IMG/VR virus record: IMGVR_UViG_3300021256_000006
Location: 32,001 to 96,000 of that record
DNA from: a virus
Reading direction: 5' to 3' (one strand)
Length of the DNA stretch: 64,000 bases
A program made the position numbers and the translations under genes. The notes beneath the pieces were generated by a model. It had not been told where the DNA came from and searched no databases. It was given only the letters and a program-made list of their open reading frames with translations. Of the stretch, positions 27,255 to 34,635 are shown piece after piece (the first letter of the stretch is position 1; each line of letters opens with the position of its first letter).

Positions 27255-29174
27255 TCACCATCTCCGGCTCCCCCATCTTCCGTTCTTCCATGCGTTATGA
27301 CTTCTTCCGCTCCACATCGTCTGCTCTTTCATACCAAACTTGCAAAGTCCTCGCATGATATTGTCGAAGGCATCGCTCATGTCGGTGTAGTTGTTGCTGC
27401 CCAGTTCATCATCTGTACTCATCCCATCACCGCTTGTGCGCTTCTCTGGAGCCTTGTACTTGTGCAACTTGCCCATCTTTGTCGTCGTCTTTGAGTTCTC
27501 CAGCGAGGCCACAAGATAGTCATTGCGAATAGCGTTAATTCGTGGCATATACCGCTCTTTACCGGCAAAGCACGCATTGATAAACTCAAACTTCACATCG
27601 TGGAACATCGGATTGCCCATGTCAATCATGATGACATTCCATCCATGATTTTCGAGTGATTCACGGATGATATTGTAGAAGTAGTATCGTTCATCGTTTC
27701 CAGCGCGACTGGCATACGAGCGCCCTTGCTTGCCTGTGCTGTCATAGTATAGCACGACGTCTTTGCAGGTGTACTGGTGTGGAGCGTAGTAATTGTGCCA
27801 CTTCTCCATAAGGTCTTCCAGCATCTTTGGATTCTTCATGAACATGCTGGATAGGATGATGGCGCTTTCTGTGCCATCCATCATGCCCGTCTGTGCAGTC
27901 ACCACCGTATTCACGTTGGAGTTGTAGTCATGAGCAATATAGAGTGGCTTGCCCGGCTGCATATCCACGTCAAGGGTGCAGTTGCCGCCTACGGCACCGA
28001 GTTCCTGAAGGTCTGGCGCCTCATAATCGTAGGTCTTGCTGTAAGCTCCGAGGTCAATGTTGGCCTTGTGCTTGGACTGAAACTTGCTGTAAATACGGTT
28101 GGTCTCATCGCTTTGGCTTGGCGTGTAGCCGTGAATATCCATGTCGAAGTTCGGATAAAAGCGCTGTGACTTGTCTAACGTGGCTTTCTTTCCAAGAATC
28201 TGCACGTTGTACAAGAGGTCTGGCATGTCTCGTTTTCGGTCTGCCATGTACTGCATTCCTAAAATGCTGGCATTGTAAAACGAAGAGAACCTAAAGAACA
28301 CTCTGGACTGGCACCTCAAATAGCGGAGCCGTTCTACAAACTTGGGCGCATGGGATAATTGCCAGGCTGCATCCGTCGTGTATCGACCGTCTTTCTTGTT
28401 GGCTTCATCATATTCTTCTGCATATTTCAGTTGCGCCAGCATCTCGCAGATGAGGTCATTGTAGTCTCCCGTTTGGTCTTCTTCCATGCATTCCCACTCT
28501 TGCTGCTTCTTGATGACTCCTGCATCGGAGAAGAAGGACTCGGAGAGGTAAAACGGGTTTTCGTTCCGTCTGTAACCGGGGTGATCATATACTTCGCCAC
28601 GCAGAGCAGGACGCACAGACTCCACATAGTTCCTCCAGTTGGCATATCTTGCCTCGTCCATCAACGAATAGCTGAGGTTCAGACCATTTGCTGGGGCGTA
28701 GGAATTGGTGGAGATGCACATCAGGATATTCCCGTTGATGAACGACAGCACGTTCTCCCATCGGCGAGGAACAGCCATAGGTTTGTCCCATCCCCACCGC
28801 GCGTTGGGCTTTCCGCGCACAAAGTCACGGCCCTCTATGATGCCAAAAGTCTCCATCGACTTCACAAGGTTGGGCATCAGGATGGCAAACACCTGCTTGA
28901 TGGTGGCGCCAAACAACGCACCTGTTGCCCTCGGCAAGGTGGCTACGCACCCATGTAGCCGGGTGGATTCAAAGGTGGTCTTGCCCAGACCACGACCGCC
29001 GCACATAGCCATTGACTTGCTGCCCATGTTGTGTGCCAGCCGTTGTGCGGGATTAAGATACACCTGTTTGGTCCCACTCGCCATAGGTGTCTCTTCCGTC
29101 TCGCTAAACATCAATGGGTACTGCTTGGCCACGTCTTTGATGTTATCCTCTAATGTAAGCCCATTTCTTGCCAT
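27255..29174 (-). CDS. terL: Terminase large subunit
   Basis: 639 aa; Walker A CGGRGLGKTTF near the N-terminus; size and position typical of TerL. Confidence 0.8.
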   Translation of the reverse strand: MARNGLTLEDNIKDVAKQYPLMFSETEETPMASGTKQVYLNPAQRLAHNMGSKSMAMCGGRGLGKTTFESTRLHGCVATLPRATGALFGATIKQVFAILMPNLVKSMETFGIIEGRDFVRGKPNARWGWDKPMAVPRRWENVLSFINGNILMCISTNSYAPANGLNLSYSLMDEARYANWRNYVESVRPALRGEVYDHPGYRRNENPFYLSESFFSDAGVIKKQQEWECMEEDQTGDYNDLICEMLAQLKYAEEYDEANKKDGRYTTDAAWQLSHAPKFVERLRYLRCQSRVFFRFSSFYNASILGMQYMADRKRDMPDLLYNVQILGKKATLDKSQRFYPNFDMDIHGYTPSQSDETNRIYSKFQSKHKANIDLGAYSKTYDYEAPDLQELGAVGGNCTLDVDMQPGKPLYIAHDYNSNVNTVVTAQTGMMDGTESAIILSSMFMKNPKMLEDLMEKWHNYYAPHQYTCKDVVLYYDSTGKQGRSYASRAGNDERYYFYNIIRESLENHGWNVIMIDMGNPMFHDVKFEFINACFAGKERYMPRINAIRNDYLVASLENSKTTTKMGKLHKYKAPEKRTSGDGMSTDDELGSNNYTDMSDAFDNIMRGLCKFGMKEQTMWSGRSHNAWKNGRWGSRRW

Positions 29175-29190
29175 ATCAATTCCCTAATTG

Positions 29191-29246
29191 TCAACTATCA
29201 ACTGTCAACTATCAACTGTCAGCTATCAACTGTCAATTATCAATTC
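29191..29246 (+). repeat. Eight tandem TCAACTR heptamers
   Basis: tcaacta tcaactg tcaacta tcaactg tcagcta tcaactg tcaatta tcaattc. Confidence 0.85.
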
Positions 29247-29913
29247 CCTCCTCCCCTGCGTCCAGCGGTTCGCCCGCTGGTTCATCCATCTTGTGTGTAA
29301 TACGGTTCCCAACTTCCACTTCCTGCTTCTCCTTCAACTTATCCAGTGCTTTTTCAATCTTCTCATCATGTTCATCAATATGCGCATCCCATTGTCGCAT
29401 AATGCCCAGCAAAGTCTTGTCGCCAATCGTTTTGCGGTCAGGGTCAAGCACCTCGACGTAGGGAGTGTACACAAAGGCTTGTGGTCTGATTTGCTTGTCT
29501 TCAACCTCCGGCTCTGGCTTGTCAAGTTGATTGGCTCTTGTCAGCACCTTGGCAGCATCGAGCATGCCTTTTCGGTCGTTCACTGCCGCAGAATCTCGCA
29601 TGACCTTTTCGCTGGCCCAGTTCACCAGGTCTTTCGCCTTCTGCCGTGTCATGCGCTGAAAGTTGTTGCGGATATACTCGAAGTAAACCATGTCCTCAGC
29701 AATCATGGACGGTGAATGTTTGAACTTCCACCGTAGGCACTGAACCACATCCATGCAAGGATTCTCGTTGTACATGTCGTACAGCGAAAACAAGTCATTA
29801 AGCCTCTTGCGAACGTGCACAAGTTCCGTCAGTTCGTGTGCCGGAATGCCGTTCACGAAGTGTGACTGAATAAAAGGTGTCAAATCTGTCTTCATATAAC
29901 TGTCAACTATCAA
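29233..29913 (-). CDS. Hypothetical protein, terminase small subunit candidate by position only
   Basis: 226-aa ORF directly upstream of terL; the last ~15 codons are encoded by the hairpin and heptamer module. Confidence 0.4.
   Translation of the reverse strand: MIVDSYMKTDLTPFIQSHFVNGIPAHELTELVHVRKRLNDLFSLYDMYNENPCMDVVQCLRWKFKHSPSMIAEDMVYFEYIRNNFQRMTRQKAKDLVNWASEKVMRDSAAVNDRKGMLDAAKVLTRANQLDKPEPEVEDKQIRPQAFVYTPYVEVLDPDRKTIGDKTLLGIMRQWDAHIDEHDEKIEKALDKLKEKQEVEVGNRITHKMDEPAGEPLDAGEEGIDN
29263..29279 (+). repeat. GC hairpin family copy (loop TTCGC)
   Basis: cctgcgtc CAGCGG-TTCGC-CCGCTG. Confidence 0.8.
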
Positions 29914-29999
29914 CTATCAACTATCAACTATCAATTCCTCATTCCTAATTCCTAACTCCTAATTCCTAACTCCTCACTCCTAACTCCTCACTCCTAACT
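29899..29999 (+). repeat. TCAACTA heptamers followed by TTCCTMA / CTCCTMA heptamers
   Basis: actgtcaactatcaactatcaactatcaactatcaattcctcattcctaattcctaactcc... Confidence 0.85.
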
Positions 30000-30260
30000 C
30001 ATCATTCTCAATTTCATCTCTTTCTCTATCTCTTTCAGCAGTATTTTTTTTTCTGCCTTTTCGTCTGCGAGGCTCTTGATGGCTGTGTCGTATTGGTCCT
30101 GTGCCATCTTCATGTGGCGGTCAAGTTCTTCAATCGCGCCCTCGGCCCATGGAAGGAATGAGGCAAGCGCTTTCACTTCCGTATCCATTGCTTTTTCCTC
30201 TTCGTCCGTGAATGGCACCATGGGGCGCTCATGCATGACTCTTAAATACTCTTGTTCCAT
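29994..30260 (-). CDS. Hypothetical coiled-coil protein (88 aa from ATG 30260; ORF extends to 30302)
   Basis: ORF track 29994-30302; start at 30260 avoids overlap with the upstream gene. Confidence 0.4.
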   Translation of the reverse strand: MEQEYLRVMHERPMVPFTDEEEKAMDTEVKALASFLPWAEGAIEELDRHMKMAQDQYDTAIKSLADEKAEKKILLKEIEKEMKLRMMS

Positions 30261-30273
30261 CTCTTTCAGGTAT

Positions 30274-30693
30274 TTACACTTTGCGCACAACGCTCTCCAC
30301 AAACACCATCATTGATTTTTGGTCGTAGATTCCGACATACAAAGGCTTTACGTCTTGGTCAACGACCGTGAAATGCAGCAAGTGCACTTCTTCTTTCTTC
30401 ACACCGTCCGATTCTCCTGCACTTCTGCGCTCATGATTCACATGGGCGAGAATACGGTCTAAATAGAACTTGACCTGCTCTTCAAACACCAGCTCTTCAA
30501 ACCATGAGTGATTCAAGATGGCAACAATTTTGAGCAGCCATTTCTTCCAGCGTGCCATTTTGTGCGCACGCAAAGCAAAGTCAAACATACTTGTATCAAG
30601 GAGTTCCTGATACAAGTCCTGACGGATAAAGACATGAGGCGTGTCAACGTCCACCGCCAAACGGTCATTTTTTAATTCGTCCCTAATATTCAT
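30274..30693 (-). CDS. Hypothetical protein (139 aa from ATG 30693)
   Basis: ORF track begins at a TTG at 30729 inside the repeat tract; first ATG at 30693 has an AGGAATATG context. Confidence 0.45.
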   Translation of the reverse strand: MNIRDELKNDRLAVDVDTPHVFIRQDLYQELLDTSMFDFALRAHKMARWKKWLLKIVAILNHSWFEELVFEEQVKFYLDRILAHVNHERRSAGESDGVKKEEVHLLHFTVVDQDVKPLYVGIYDQKSMMVFVESVVRKV

Positions 30694-30812
30694 ATTCCTA
30701 ATTATCAATTGTCTAATGTCTAATGTCAAAAGTCACAGGCCGAATGGCAATTATCAACTGTCAACTGTCAACTATCAACTATCAATTCCTAATTCCTCAT
30801 TCCTAATTCCTA
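30694..30812 (+). repeat. Composite tandem-repeat tract (TGTCTAA, TCAACTR, TTCCTMA units)
   Basis: attatcaattgtctaatgtctaatgtc ... atcaactgtcaactgtcaactatcaactatcaattcctaattcctcattcctaattcc. Confidence 0.8.
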
Positions 30813-31442
30813 ATTCCGATAAGGCCTACTTTTCACGTCCACATAATTGTCCTCCAGCGTATAATCATCGGTGGACCCGTTCTTAAACGGAGCGTGCAGG
30901 AGCCGTGCAACCTCTCCCCCAATCTCTGCACCAATTAGGTTAGCGATATGGATGTCAATCAGCACGCCAGCCTCGCTCATCAGCTTATAACTGATACGCT
31001 CAACTTGTCTTCTAATCTCGCTTCGCAGAAACGGTCTGGGTCTGTGGGTCTCCTCACGTCTCGCGTTTTGTGGCACCCCGCTGAAGGATGCTTTCAAGGC
31101 GCTATATCCGTATGTCGAAATCTGTGGCGCTTGAATGTTCTTACTCTTTACACCAACCTTTTTCCCAAGGTCTTTATCCACGCCATAATACTTACCTACG
31201 GCCTGTTCCACGCAGTCTCCGTAGTTCCAGTAAAAAAACTCAACAAGAGCCTCGTTCCCTCCGGCGTTGGTGTGAACAAGCGCCCTTATGCTGTCGCGCA
31301 AAGCTCCGGTGTTATAGATATTCATGCGGTCTATATGGTCAAAAATTTTTCCGACCGTATCTACCACAAAATAATGAAGGATAATGTAAACTTCCGAGGA
31401 AAATTTACGCTCCAGGTCTATTCTGCTATCTAATTGCGCCAT
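30810..31442 (-). CDS. HK97 gp10-like neck / tail-completion protein candidate
   Basis: 210 aa; NTGALRDSI resembles the TGxLRxSI signature of the HK97 gp10 family; weak. Confidence 0.4.
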   Translation of the reverse strand: MAQLDSRIDLERKFSSEVYIILHYFVVDTVGKIFDHIDRMNIYNTGALRDSIRALVHTNAGGNEALVEFFYWNYGDCVEQAVGKYYGVDKDLGKKVGVKSKNIQAPQISTYGYSALKASFSGVPQNARREETHRPRPFLRSEIRRQVERISYKLMSEAGVLIDIHIANLIGAEIGGEVARLLHAPFKNGSTDDYTLEDNYVDVKSRPYRN

Positions 31443-31495
31443 ACACTAACCGTTTTCGTTTTCGTCTTCGTTTTGGTTTTCGTTTCTCCTGCGCT

Positions 31496-31512
31496 CAGCG
31501 GTTTTCCCGCTG
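31496..31512 (+). repeat. GC hairpin family copy
   Basis: cctgcgct CAGCGG-TTTTC-CCGCTG. Confidence 0.85.
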
Positions 31513-31569
31513 GCCCTCTCTCCTCGTCTCTCCCGCCGTTTTCGTTTTCGTTTTCGTTTCTACTGCGCT

Positions 31570-31586
31570 CAGCGGTTTTCCCGCTG
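31570..31586 (+). repeat. GC hairpin family copy
   Basis: actgcgct CAGCGG-TTTTC-CCGCTG. Confidence 0.85.
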
Positions 31587-31603
31587 ATTCTCTCCCCCCC
31601 CCA

Positions 31604-32101
31604 TCAGCAATAATTGAACGGCATAACCACATTGACGTGCAGCACCACACTCTCCCAACCGTCTCCAAACGGACCGGTTGTGTCCCAGCTTAGATTGTCC
31701 ACATCAATCCAGAAAGCCAGCCCCATTGTATGATTCTTTTTGGCATCTTTGTGCGCAGAGACAAGGTCTTTGACAAACGCCTCAGTCATGTTTTGGGCGC
31801 GGTCAAGCGCTGCCGCCAGCCCTTGTGCGTTGGCATAGTCTGGCTCTCGGGCATTCATGTACAGTTCAAACGTGGCATACTTGAAGTCGCCTCTTTTCCC
31901 ACCGCCATAATTGAGGTCCATCATGGTAGAGTGAAATATCTCATTGCTCGCATGCTGCAGCATGTCCATCTTGCCCGCAAAGCCGTTGGCCAAAAAGCAC
32001 GCATCACGTTCTTCTTGGTTGCCAGTGATTCCCAATGCCTGGTGCATTCTGTCTGCAGTCCATATCTGCAAATACTCGAACATTTCTTCTCGCAGTGTCA
32101 T
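31604..32101 (-). CDS. Hypothetical virion-module protein (165 aa)
   Basis: ORF track; in the minus-strand structural operon; no family recognised. Confidence 0.45.
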   Translation of the reverse strand: MTLREEMFEYLQIWTADRMHQALGITGNQEERDACFLANGFAGKMDMLQHASNEIFHSTMMDLNYGGGKRGDFKYATFELYMNAREPDYANAQGLAAALDRAQNMTEAFVKDLVSAHKDAKKNHTMGLAFWIDVDNLSWDTTGPFGDGWESVVLHVNVVMPFNYC

Positions 32102-32119
32102 ATTGATAACCGTTAATTG

Positions 32120-33127
32120 TTACTTTTTTCTTTTGACTTTTTTCCACTCCTTGCTTTCTTTCGCCATAGCGTCCAGCCGTTCAAGAATCACGCCTACTGG
32201 CTCCTGATTCACGGCTTCCACATTGGGATAGCCAGCATACTTCATCACCGCATTGTCTGTGCCGAGCTTGGCCACATACATGTCTGTGTTCTTTCCAGAA
32301 GTTCCACCCTTGGAAATCAAATCGGGGAACCGCCCGTGGTAATAAGCAAGACTGCTCTGTACTAATTGCCACAGAATAGCAAATAGCCATGCAGGTGCTT
32401 TATCCATTTTCTCTGCAATACGCTCATGTGAAGAGCTGGAATAAGGGAATACTCTCCTTTGTGTGACAAAAGAGAAGCCGCGCTTGTCGTTTGCATCGTC
32501 AATCTTCTGCTCTTCTTTCACGGTTGGCAACAGCAACGATGCCAGGAAACTGTTTTTGTACACCTTCAGCAACTTCAGCAGTTCGGCATTGTTGGATTGG
32601 TCAAGTTTCTCCATCACATTCATCATGCCCATCATGTAAATCTGCATCGTACCGTATTGACCATACCGTACAGACCGTTCGTCGTTCCCTATGAATGAAG
32701 GCAATGCAAATGTCTCTCCGTCAATCGTGACAAACTTCTCCGGAAGTTTCAGCAGACCTTCTTTTTTTTCCAGCCATCGTGTCGATTCATGCACAAGCTC
32801 CACAAACGAACGCTTGTCCATCACAAGAACCTCACTCTGTTCTTTACGTTTCATCCACACGCAACTCCCAGACTTCGTGGTCTCGTTCTCCAGCCAGCGT
32901 ACTAACTCGTCTAAACGTGAATCTTCTTTGTCGAGAGGGCTAACACCCAGACCAAGCACGCTGACATTGGAGACAATCTCGAACTCTTGAACACGCTCCA
33001 TCAGGTTTAATGCTTGCTTCTTGTCTTCAGGCACCGTATAGTTCCGTTCAATGGAATGGTAGCGTACCAATTCGTCCCACGAAAGGTCTGTCCATCTTGT
33101 TTTATATGCAAGCGCTGTCGTTTTCAT
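32120..33127 (-). CDS. Hypothetical protein (335 aa from ATG 33127)
   Basis: ORF track 32120-33160; ATG 33127 preferred; first gene of the minus-strand operon. Confidence 0.5.
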   Translation of the reverse strand: MKTTALAYKTRWTDLSWDELVRYHSIERNYTVPEDKKQALNLMERVQEFEIVSNVSVLGLGVSPLDKEDSRLDELVRWLENETTKSGSCVWMKRKEQSEVLVMDKRSFVELVHESTRWLEKKEGLLKLPEKFVTIDGETFALPSFIGNDERSVRYGQYGTMQIYMMGMMNVMEKLDQSNNAELLKLLKVYKNSFLASLLLPTVKEEQKIDDANDKRGFSFVTQRRVFPYSSSSHERIAEKMDKAPAWLFAILWQLVQSSLAYYHGRFPDLISKGGTSGKNTDMYVAKLGTDNAVMKYAGYPNVEAVNQEPVGVILERLDAMAKESKEWKKVKRKK

Positions 33128-33192
33128 GCGCCAAATATAATAAAAAGTTTGCTGAAACAAACAAAAAAGAGAATCAAATTACATAAATGGTT

Positions 33193-33231
33193 TATATTTG
33201 TACGCATAACAAAAAATAATTACTATTTTTG
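33193..33231 (+). promoter_or_regulatory. Two + strand -7 boxes (TATATTTG, TATTTTTG) in a divergent promoter region
   Basis: 33193-33200 and 33224-33231 both match TAnnTTTG, upstream of ATG 33272. Confidence 0.45.
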
Positions 33232-33271
33232 CACAAACTTATGGCAACATCAAACGAAAAAACGAAACAGG

Positions 33272-34495
33272 ATGTATCATAATCTTATCCCAGTCAATCA
33301 GCGTCAGCAATATTTGGAATTGCTCGAAAATGCGGAAAGGCTTTTGCCTCTTTTGGCAAGGCATCCGGAACACTTTTCAATCATCCGTCGTGCAGCTTCG
33401 GCAGTGCGGGGCTCTGATACCGTGCTGGCGCGAATGAAACCACCATTGACTGCACAGCAAAGGGTGGCATTGTCACAACTGATTCAGAAATCTCGTGCTT
33501 ATGTGGATAATTTCTGGCCTCAAAATAAGGCACAAGGGAAGGAGAATCTGGAGAAGCCTGCAATCACGGGCGAAACGGACAAGCATGAAGCCGTCCCCCC
33601 TTCGCCAATTCCTTCTCCTGCGGCCATGAACGTGGTGCAGGTAGCACCGCGTACTGCTGTCCAGCAGCCCGCACAAGCACCAGCTGAACCTAATACACCT
33701 CAAACGCTTGCACAATATATGCATACGCTATCGCATAAATTGCAGTGCCAGGCATCTGTGCTCCCCATGAAATATGCAGAGCTGAATGACTTGCATGAGA
33801 CATTGGATAGGCTGGTGCGCAGCCAACTGTCAAGCGACGGTCAATCGCTGAATGTATCTGACAAGCCACACGCTCGTGAGTATTCTTATTATGCGAATAA
33901 GATTGACCTTCTTGTGCGCACAATTGATGCGTTTTGGAATCGTGTGCATGCTGAGAGAAAGGCTTTGGCCGGAGAACCTGTCACTCCTGAATACATGCAA
34001 TTTCTTCAGGACGAGGAGAAAAAGTACCCGATGGATGATGCTGAACGGGCGTGGGGAGATTACACCAAAGCCGAAATTGAACAGCTCGCCGCCAAGGTGC
34101 AGAATGACACCGTGCCGCTCTTCCCTACTCCTGATGCACCATGTGCGCAGCAACTCATTTATGCTCGGCAAGAAAGAAATAAGAAACTGCTTCGCAGAAG
34201 CCCGCAGCACACAAGCGAACGTGCTGTGCGTGAACGGGTGCTGGCCATGAATGAATTGTACGAATGGGGCATATTGCTGACGAAAAAGCAATGGGAGGTG
34301 CTGCAGTCGCTCGATATTGATGTCCCTAAAGAGTACATTGACCCATTTGTCACCATGACTGACGAGGAGAGACGGGCGCATAAGCAGGAGCGTGAACGGA
34401 AGTATTACCACGAGAACAAGCCTGACGCTGTGAAAATGAAAGTGGGCCTCAAACAGCGCCACTCAAAGACGCAGGATAACCCCTACAAATCATAA
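33272..34495 (+). CDS. Hypothetical protein (407 aa)
   Basis: ORF 33014-34495 trimmed because promoter boxes lie inside the 5' extension; Pro/Ala/Gln-rich linker; no family recognised. Confidence 0.5.
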   Translation: MYHNLIPVNQRQQYLELLENAERLLPLLARHPEHFSIIRRAASAVRGSDTVLARMKPPLTAQQRVALSQLIQKSRAYVDNFWPQNKAQGKENLEKPAITGETDKHEAVPPSPIPSPAAMNVVQVAPRTAVQQPAQAPAEPNTPQTLAQYMHTLSHKLQCQASVLPMKYAELNDLHETLDRLVRSQLSSDGQSLNVSDKPHAREYSYYANKIDLLVRTIDAFWNRVHAERKALAGEPVTPEYMQFLQDEEKKYPMDDAERAWGDYTKAEIEQLAAKVQNDTVPLFPTPDAPCAQQLIYARQERNKKLLRRSPQHTSERAVRERVLAMNELYEWGILLTKKQWEVLQSLDIDVPKEYIDPFVTMTDEERRAHKQERERKYYHENKPDAVKMKVGLKQRHSKTQDNPYKS

Positions 34496-34513
34496 GCACC
34501 TGCTTCCTGCGCC

Positions 34514-34530
34514 CAACGGTTTCCCCGTTG
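34514..34530 (+). repeat. GC hairpin family copy (compensated variant)
   Basis: cctgcgcc CAACGG-TTTCC-CCGTTG. Confidence 0.85.
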
Positions 34531-34625
34531 TCCCAATTCCCAACTCTCAACTGTCAACTCTCAATTGTCAACTATCAATTCCTCATTCCCAATTCCTCAT
34601 TCCTAATTCCTCATTCCTAATTATA
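34531..34625 (+). repeat. TCAACTN heptamers then six TTCCYMA heptamers
   Basis: caactctcaactgtcaactctcaattgtcaactatcaa + ttcctca ttcccaa ttcctca ttcctaa ttcctca ttcctaa (34579-34620). Confidence 0.85.
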
Positions 34626-34635
34626 AATTCTCCCC

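Larger units (their letters stand above)
31451..31586 (+). repeat. Composite module: CGTYTT hexamers, hairpin, CT-rich tract, hexamers, hairpin
   Basis: Hexamers 31451-31486 and 31537-31560; hairpins 31496-31512 and 31570-31586. Confidence 0.85.

Noticed and set aside
27029-27494. ORFs 27029-27358, 27036-27494 and 27085-27300; similarly 14879-15070, 20011-20355, 29168-29715, 54227-54550, 55139-55463 and 56669-56890
   Set aside because: These are translations of the hairpin and tandem-repeat modules. The recurring peptide PCVQRFSR is simply the hairpin read in one frame. They have no start context and low-complexity products.
29191-29246. CRISPR array interpretation of the tandem-repeat tracts
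   Set aside because: The repeat period is 6-8 nt with no unique spacers, and no cas genes are present. These are microsatellite-like tandem repeats.
33241-33282. 13-codon ORF with a perfect CTTATGGCAACA start context upstream of gene 33272
   Set aside because: It is too short to call as a gene. It may be a leader peptide or a coincidence, and it overlaps the main ATG out of frame.
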